A stretch of DNA of 13,356 nt from assembly GCA_046758505.1 (NCBI GenBank), contig JBHIAH010000077.1:1-13356 (forward strand). Reading direction: 5' to 3'. Shown here in pieces: positions 8,055-13,356 of this stretch. How positions within the stretch are numbered: position 1 is the first letter of the stretch; the number at the start of each line of letters is the position of its first letter. A model generated the notes under the pieces. That model saw only the letters and a list, made by a program, of their open reading frames with translations. It did no database searches and had not been told where the DNA came from. The position numbers and the translations under genes were made by a program. This stretch comes from Candidatus Methylomirabilales bacterium (GTDB lineage Bacteria; Methylomirabilota; Methylomirabilia; Methylomirabilales; CSP1-5).

Positions 8055-8633
8055 TTAGCTCCCATAATCGCTCAACTGCTCCCGAAGCAGCCGACGCCCC
8101 CGAAAGAGGCGCGTCTTGACCGTGTTTTTGGGGCAATCCATGATCTCGGCGACCTCCTCGATACTCAGCCCCTCCACGTCGGAGAGGAGAATCGCCGTCC
8201 GAAAGGGGTCCGGGAGTTGCCCGAGGGCCTCGTTGAGGTCAACTCGAACCAGGCGGTTCAGGGGTCCCGCGTCTGCGCCGCGAACCCCTTCCACGGCTGC
8301 CAGGGTGGCGGAGTCCCCCTCGGGCCCCAGGTCATCCACGGCCGGTTCCCGGGCCCGGCGCCAGTAATTATCGATAAAAGCGTGCCTCAGTATTTTAAAC
8401 AGCCAGGCCCGGAGATTGGTTCCCGGTTGAAATCGGTGCCGGAACCGGAGGGCGCGGAGGTAGGTCTCCTGGACCAAATCTGACGCATCATCCGCATTCT
8501 TGGCCAACCCGAGGGCAAAGTTGTACAGCGACGTGAGATGCTTGACGGCCTCCTGTTGAAACGCAGCCGCATCCCCTTCTGCCGCCGTCTTGACCGGAAG
8601 GTATCGCTTTAAGAGATCCAGGGAAAGAGGCAT
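8055..8633 (-). CDS. ECF-subfamily sigma-70 factor
   Basis: Region 2: LYNFALGL...DASDLVQETYLRA...FQPGTNLRAWLFKILRHAFID. Region 4: ALGQLPDPFRTAILLSDVEGLSIEEVAEIMDCPKNTVKTRLFRGR. Confidence 0.97.
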   Translation of the reverse strand: MPLSLDLLKRYLPVKTAAEGDAAAFQQEAVKHLTSLYNFALGLAKNADDASDLVQETYLRALRFRHRFQPGTNLRAWLFKILRHAFIDNYWRRAREPAVDDLGPEGDSATLAAVEGVRGADAGPLNRLVRVDLNEALGQLPDPFRTAILLSDVEGLSIEEVAEIMDCPKNTVKTRLFRGRRLLREQLSDYGS

Positions 8634-8774
8634 CCTCTCCTCTCCACCTCAAAGAGAAGCCCCCGGCGCATCTCCCCGTCCCCATATCAAAAACGGCGTG
8701 AGCCCGAGAAATATTCCGCCCGTGGGAACTGGACCGGGCGCCCTCCCCTTGTACGACTGAGGGCGCACAGAGTG

Positions 8775-8801
8775 AGACGGGATGCCGATCGGCGGGGATC
8801 A
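8775..8801 (-). promoter_or_regulatory. Candidate ECF-type autoregulatory promoter
   Basis: TGATCC (8801-8796), 16-nt spacer, CGTCT (8779-8775), about 140 nt upstream of the sigma start. Confidence 0.45.
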
Positions 8802-8880
8802 CGAACTTAGACTTCTGTTTGGAACCCCCACGTGTTACACTCCCGCCACTGAGGACCCATCTTGCCGGGGCAGGCGCGCC

Positions 8881-9264
8881 ATGGACCCACAAGAGACGAA
8901 AAGTGCGGTGCGGCTCGAAGAGGACCGACCCCAATTCCTGCTCCGCCTCTTCCTCACCGCGGTTACCGGGTTCAATATCATCCTCACCTCTGCCCAGGTC
9001 CTCGAGGGTAACTGGGGATGGGTCATCACCCTGGGGGTGGTGGGGGTGCTGGTCCCGGGGACGGTCCCCTTTCTCCGAGTCATTCAGGGCTATAAAGAAG
9101 GGAGGGTCCCGCTGTCATGGAGGGAGCTGCTCGCCTTTGGCATTGGAGCGGTCGACGCCGTGGCCATCATCACCCGGTGGTCCGATGGTCTGGAGGTCGT
9201 CTCGTGGGTCTCGGTCTTTCTCATTTCAAGTTTTCTGGCTTTTCTCCTGCTCGCCGAAAGCTGA
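8881..9264 (+). CDS. Hypothetical membrane protein, ~127 aa, about 4 TM helices
   Basis: Four hydrophobic segments; fills the gap between the divergent sigma gene and the convergent VWA gene. Start uncertain: no clear RBS at 8881, alternative ATG 8782. Confidence 0.7.
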   Translation: MDPQETKSAVRLEEDRPQFLLRLFLTAVTGFNIILTSAQVLEGNWGWVITLGVVGVLVPGTVPFLRVIQGYKEGRVPLSWRELLAFGIGAVDAVAIITRWSDGLEVVSWVSVFLISSFLAFLLLAES

Positions 9265-9282
9265 GGGAGTCCTGCCCGGAAT

Positions 9283-9346
9283 GTCCAAAGTCCACAGTCC
9301 ACAGTCGAAGACCTGTAACGCGTTCGTCAGACCTCAGACATCGGAC
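9283..9346. repeat. Two short heptamer tandem repeats between convergent genes
   Basis: GTCCAAA-GTCCACA-GTCCACA-GTC (9283-9306) and TCAGACC-TCAGACA-TCGGAC (9327-9346). Confidence 0.65.
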
Positions 9347-9386
9347 GGGGGATGACTCTTCCTGTGCGGGCGGCGATGGCAGGGGA

Positions 9387-10151
9387 TTAGATGATCCGTT
9401 GGCGGCGGACTCGGCGATCCACGATGTCCCGGATCCACTTCCAGAAGCGCTTCTCTTCTTTCAGGGTCGGCCGGTTCTCGAGCTGCTCATGCCACCCCTG
9501 CATGACCTCCGCTTCCACTGGCCAGACCCGGACCCGCTGCCGGGGGATCTTGCGTTCCCAGGCGGCGGCGACCTTCGGGGACGGGTAGAGAACCCGGATG
9601 GTGACGTTTCGCGCCAGGAATTCGAGGGGCGAGACGTCAATCTCCTCGTAGGCCGCCTGCTTCACCTTTCGCCCCTTTCTCCCCGCGACCTCGGGGACGC
9701 CATCCGTGACGATGACAACGGTGATGGGCGCCAGCAGCAGGTTCTGCTTTTGGACGGTTTCCGAGATGCGCTTGAAGAAGGCGTTAAAGTCCGTCAGATA
9801 GTTTCCCCGGGTGCTGAAGAGCTCCGTCAGTTTGGTCTTGATCTCGCCGGCGCTCTTCCGCTCGAACACCTGGATCGGGAAGAAGGCCTTGGGCTCATTC
9901 GGCACATCCCCCCCGATCGAGCCCACAAAGAGGGCCCGCGGCACCTCCAGGCCCCCCGTGCCGTGGAGGTGGCCGTAGAGGTAGTAGGAGAGGAAGCGGA
10001 GAGCGTCCTGAAACTGGGGTGTCCGGGCGAAGGAGCCGCTGACGTCCACCCCCACAAAGAGCGAGAGGCGGGGCTTCTCCGCTTCGGTAGAGGTACAGCC
10101 CGGCGCCAGGAGTAAGAGCGCGACGAGCAGGATGCGAATCCGGTACGTCAT
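9387..10151 (-). CDS. Putative lipoprotein with VWA/MIDAS-like domain, 254 aa
   Basis: ATG 10151 with RBS CAGGAG; signal MTYRIRILLVALLLLAPG-C (lipobox-like); MIDAS elements FVGVDVSGS, YLTDF and VIVTDGVP. Confidence 0.82.
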   Translation of the reverse strand: MTYRIRILLVALLLLAPGCTSTEAEKPRLSLFVGVDVSGSFARTPQFQDALRFLSYYLYGHLHGTGGLEVPRALFVGSIGGDVPNEPKAFFPIQVFERKSAGEIKTKLTELFSTRGNYLTDFNAFFKRISETVQKQNLLLAPITVVIVTDGVPEVAGRKGRKVKQAAYEEIDVSPLEFLARNVTIRVLYPSPKVAAAWERKIPRQRVRVWPVEAEVMQGWHEQLENRPTLKEEKRFWKWIRDIVDRRVRRQRII

Positions 10152-10168
10152 GGGTATCTCCTGGGCCC

Positions 10169-11413
10169 CTATCGGCCCCTCGCCGTGCCGGAGGCGTGGC
10201 TTTCGGCGCGCGCGAGCTTGACTAACTCTCCCGTCTCCATGAAGGCGTGCAGCGAATTGAGCGGCAGTCGGAACAGATGCCGCCCGGCGACGAGGACCAT
10301 GAAGAAATTGATGGTGCCGGCGATCAGCTGGAGCGGGGGGAGGACGTACGCCTCGAGGAGCTGCGTCCCGGTGGTGTGGAACCACTCAATGTCCGCCTTG
10401 ATCTGGTTGAGCATCTCCTTGGTCCAGGAAGCGACCGGCCCCGGGGCAGATCGTTCGCCCACCGGCGCTGCCGTGATGCCCTGCCCGGAGATGATTGCGC
10501 GCAACGTCGGCGTCCCGTACCCCGCAAAGAGGAACCAGGTCATCCCGCGGATTCCGATCCAGGCGAGCGTCGAGATCAGAAGCACCGCCGCCACACCGAT
10601 CCGGACCTGTCCGCCACTCTGCAGGGCGAGCACGGGGGTGATGGCGTCGACCAGCTCGCGGTAGAGGAAGACGACCTCGAAAAACATGACGAACAGCTCC
10701 ACCAGCACCATCTGGACGATGTCTTTCCAGTTGCGCTGCTTGATGGCCTCGACCATGACTTGGAGACACGCGAAGCTGCCGGCAATGAGCAGGAAGAGGA
10801 CGAAGAAGAGGGCCGGCTGCAGGAGGGGGTGCGGGCCACCCCCCACAAGGTCGCTGGCGATGTCGGAGACCATCGGGTAGAGGGTGTAACTGAAGACCCC
10901 GGCCTCCAGGAGCGACCAGAGCAGGGTGAGGGCAACGGCGATCCACGGAATGCCGGGCCGCAAGGAGCTCTGCGTGGCCCGCCTGATCAGGGAGAAGGGA
11001 AGCGTGACCAGGTCGGCGAGGGCGAGGTAGATGCCGGCGGCGAGAATGCGGATCAAACCCCAGACCCACCCGGCCGACAGGAAGAGGGCCCGGAACATGC
11101 CGATCCAGAACATCCCGATCGCCCGACCGCTATCCCACCAGGTGGTGAGGACCACGGCGACGAACTGGTGTCGTCCTCCCCGGAACGGGAGGGTGTAGAT
11201 GGAGAACATGGTGCACCACATGCCGGCGACGACATGGAGCGCCGGGAGCAAGAAGAGCGTGAGCTTCAGGGTCCCCCCCAGGGGGGAGGAGAAATCCCAC
11301 AGGAAGCCCACGATGGCCGCCTGAACGGGTGGGATCCAGGCGATGGGCAAAGTCAGGATCCGGAAGAGCAGCCGCCATTCGGGCGGCAGCGCGGACTCGA
11401 TATTCGGAATCAT
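10169..11413 (-). CDS. Uncharacterised polytopic membrane protein, 414 aa
   Basis: RBS GGAGG; about 8-10 hydrophobic segments; stop 17 nt before the VWA gene start; family not recognised. Confidence 0.88.
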   Translation of the reverse strand: MIPNIESALPPEWRLLFRILTLPIAWIPPVQAAIVGFLWDFSSPLGGTLKLTLFLLPALHVVAGMWCTMFSIYTLPFRGGRHQFVAVVLTTWWDSGRAIGMFWIGMFRALFLSAGWVWGLIRILAAGIYLALADLVTLPFSLIRRATQSSLRPGIPWIAVALTLLWSLLEAGVFSYTLYPMVSDIASDLVGGGPHPLLQPALFFVLFLLIAGSFACLQVMVEAIKQRNWKDIVQMVLVELFVMFFEVVFLYRELVDAITPVLALQSGGQVRIGVAAVLLISTLAWIGIRGMTWFLFAGYGTPTLRAIISGQGITAAPVGERSAPGPVASWTKEMLNQIKADIEWFHTTGTQLLEAYVLPPLQLIAGTINFFMVLVAGRHLFRLPLNSLHAFMETGELVKLARAESHASGTARGR

Positions 11414-11521
11414 GTGCCATCCTCCGAGGGTCGGTGTCCCCCCACCCTCTTACGAGTTTGCGACTGATCGCGGGCAGATCGCACTGCCGCCTACCAGGAT
11501 GCCCGCGTAGCCTGGACATAT

Positions 11522-11537
11522 AGCAAGTTTGGGGCCA
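11522..11537 (-). promoter_or_regulatory. Sigma54 (-24/-12) promoter for the membrane protein + VWA unit
   Basis: TGGCCCC-AAAC-TTGCT (GG-N10-GC; consensus TGGCACG-N4-TTGCW), about 110 nt upstream of ATG 11413. Confidence 0.65.
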
Positions 11538-11809
11538 AAACTGCCCGAGGCCGACAACTGGCGGCCCAGGGGGACCGCGCCAGGGTGGAGGGCGGGAAAC
11601 GGCCTTCGGAGATCATAAGGCAAATTGCCCTGAAGTACCCCCTCCGAAGGCACCGGGGGACCCCTTGGCAATGGTTCCGCCAAGGGCAGGTCAGTCGGTG
11701 GAAGTGTGAGGGAACCGCCGGTGGCGATGAAAGGATTCGAATCCCCGACAAAGACAGGGCTTACGATGAGGACAGCATTGCGGGGACAAACGGGCCGGAA
11801 TCACTTTAA

Positions 11810-12514
11810 TTAGAGGGGAGCACGGTCCGGAGGGGATTCGGGGAGGGGGGACGCCTCGCCGCGAAGGCGGTCCACCAGCGTTCCGATCAGGGCAACCTCT
11901 GATGGCCCGGGATCGAGAAACTGCACGCCCATTCCGCCGACGACACTCGGCCCCCCTTCTCCCTCGCGCATCCACACCACTGTCGCGGGGACCGAGAGAG
12001 CGTCGGGGACGGTCGGCAGCGCGAAGTGAAGCATGAGCTCCGTCCCCGGCGGAGCCGGGTGGCTGATCGCGACGAACATCCCGCCCCGGCTCAGGTTGAC
12101 ACAGGTCCCCCGGGCCGCAACTCCTGCCTGCGTGCACTCGACGCCGAACCGAACCGGGACCCGCGCCTCGGGGTGGGGTTTCGCCTGGGACAACCACTGT
12201 CGCACCAGTGCTGGATCGACCGGCTTTTCGAAGGCCATACCATGGGGAAATATGATCCGCATATCGGTCCGTGTCCCTCGGCCAACCGAGACGATGATGC
12301 CGCGCAGGGGATCGCCCTGCCAGACCCGGACCGACACCGGCGTGCTGAGGGGAAGACGCTTGGGCAGTAGGAGTGCAAGTCCGCCGGCGCTCACGCACTG
12401 AGTCCTCCCGGCAAACTGTGTCGGTAAGGGCCACCCGGGGGTCGGGGCGGCGCACAGCACGGGCATGTACGCTTCGAAGCGGGGATAGCCAGCCATCGTC
12501 GGGTGGGTAGACAT
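11810..12514 (-). CDS. Tandem PilZ-domain protein; C-terminal domain TIGR02266-like
   Basis: Domain 1: YPRF...CVSAGG...HGMAF. Domain 2: ARVPVRF...NLSRGGMFV...PPGTELMLHFALP...ATVVW.R...GMGVQF. RBS GGAGGG. Confidence 0.88.
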   Translation of the reverse strand: MSTHPTMAGYPRFEAYMPVLCAAPTPGWPLPTQFAGRTQCVSAGGLALLLPKRLPLSTPVSVRVWQGDPLRGIIVSVGRGTRTDMRIIFPHGMAFEKPVDPALVRQWLSQAKPHPEARVPVRFGVECTQAGVAARGTCVNLSRGGMFVAISHPAPPGTELMLHFALPTVPDALSVPATVVWMREGEGGPSVVGGMGVQFLDPGPSEVALIGTLVDRLRGEASPLPESPPDRAPL

Positions 12515-12597
12515 GGGATTCCCTCCAGCACGAGCCCACAGTCAGTTCTCTTATTGGATAGCCTTCGGGAGGCTCGTTTTCCTACCTTTCAGCTATA

Positions 12598-12613
12598 GGC
12601 AGGGGTCGTGCCA
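12598..12613 (-). promoter_or_regulatory. Sigma54 (-24/-12) promoter for the PilZ gene
   Basis: TGGCACG-ACCC-CTGCC; perfect -24 element, GG-N10-GC spacing, about 85 nt upstream of the ATG. Confidence 0.7.
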
Positions 12614-12628
12614 TGGGCGGGGTCCAGG

Positions 12629-12641
12629 TAACTCGTTGATT
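12629..12641 (-). promoter_or_regulatory. IHF binding site
   Basis: AATCAA-CGAG-TTA matches WATCAA-N4-TTR exactly, at about -42 to -54 relative to the predicted sigma54 start site. Confidence 0.65.
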
Positions 12642-12848
12642 TTTCAGGAAACGTAAACTAGATGGGGGAATTGGTAAAGGGGAGAAGTCGGTCACCTTGT
12701 CAAGCCGTTCCTTCTGCCCGCCATTTTGTCACACTGCTGCACCCCGCTCACCAGCACTTCCTGGGACACCCTCGAATGACTCAGGGCGCGTGCACGATCA
12801 CCGCGGGAACGAGAGTCGGGGCGGGAGCATCGGGATCGCTGAAAGGAT

Positions 12849-12923
12849 TGGTGGCGGTGGGAGGACTTGAACCTCCGACAAAGGGCTTATGAGACCCCTG
12901 CTCTGCCCCTGAGCTACACCGCC
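12849..12923 (-). tRNA. tRNA-Met (CAT), probably elongator; CCA encoded
   Basis: GGCGGTG TA GCTC AGGGGCA GAGC A GGGGT CTCATAA GCCCT TTGTC GGAGG TTCAAGT CCTCC CACCGCC ACCA, a 75-nt cloverleaf. G1-C72 argues against initiator; G4-C69/G5-C68 argues against the E. coli-type Ile2. Confidence 0.95.
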
Positions 12924-12932
12924 ACTGGCTTC

Positions 12933-12962
12933 ACTATACAGCAGTTACGCAGCCCATGGCAA
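12933..12962 (-). promoter_or_regulatory. Sigma70 promoter for the tRNA
   Basis: TTGCCA (12962-12957), 18-nt spacer, TATAGT (12938-12933), 9 nt before the tRNA 5' end. Confidence 0.7.
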
Positions 12963-13356
12963 CTGGGGGTCCCGCAAAGGTGTCCATCTGCCCTGTCTCA
13001 GGCATGGTCCCAGGCGGTATGCCCGCACAGGCGCTCGCACGCCTCACTTGCTCGCCCGGCCTTATTCGGTTTTCTCTGGGTTAACTTGGGCGGGATACCA
13101 GAAGGGCGATAATGCAGATCGACCTTGCACAAACTCCATCCACTTTTGCATAGCCGTCAACGATCGCTCATAGAATGACAGGCTTGGGTCCAAAGCCATC
13201 TAACGTGTTGGATGACCGGTTTTCGGCCGTCAGAAAGAAACATTTCTGCACGTTAGCACGAGGCCGAAAATCCAGTCCGTCTCGTTGTGATGCAGCTGGT
13301 CAGGGCACTAGTTTCAAACCTCAAAAACTTCCCGCCAAACGGCGAATCCTTGCATG

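Noticed and set aside
4246..8119. Long + strand ORFs (491, 244, 205, 347 aa)
   Set aside because: Antisense to the well-supported lut and anti-sigma genes, with typical shadow composition.
10152..10385. N-terminal extension of the VWA ORF (332-aa version)
   Set aside because: Overlaps the upstream gene; RBS and signal peptide support the start at 10151.
9117..11467. + strand ORFs of 332 and 406 aa
   Set aside because: Antisense shadows of the VWA and membrane protein genes.
8881..12923. Genomic island integrated at the tRNA 3' end
   Set aside because: No integrase, no direct repeat of the tRNA 3' end noticed, and no evident GC shift; CCCACCGCC near 1060 is short and in the wrong orientation.
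12963..13356. Gene or sigma54 promoter at the right end
   Set aside because: No credible ORF; GGCGAATCCTTGC has 9-nt rather than 10-nt spacing; TTGCAT..TAGAAT has a 19-nt spacer. Probably upstream DNA of a gene outside the window.

Overview
GC-rich bacterial chromosomal segment with almost all genes on the minus strand. In transcription order (right to left): an elongator tRNA-Met(CAT) with a sigma70 promoter; a tandem PilZ protein; a two-gene unit encoding an unknown polytopic membrane protein and a VWA/MIDAS lipoprotein; a divergent 4-TM hypothetical gene (+ strand); an ECF sigma factor with a zinc-finger transmembrane anti-sigma; a LutC plus LutB-LutA fusion lactate-dehydrogenase-type pair; a GabD-like aldehyde dehydrogenase; a TIGR01777 SDR; a 106-aa hypothetical gene; and the 5' part of a Tat-exported TRAP solute-binding protein that the ORF track misses. 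I see no mobile element, integrase or CRISPR array. The best novelty candidates are the apparently sigma54-driven membrane protein + VWA lipoprotein unit beside a sigma54/IHF-driven degenerate PilZ gene, and an unexplained ~107-nt long hairpin at 860-966. All family calls come from motif recognition by eye; no searches were run.
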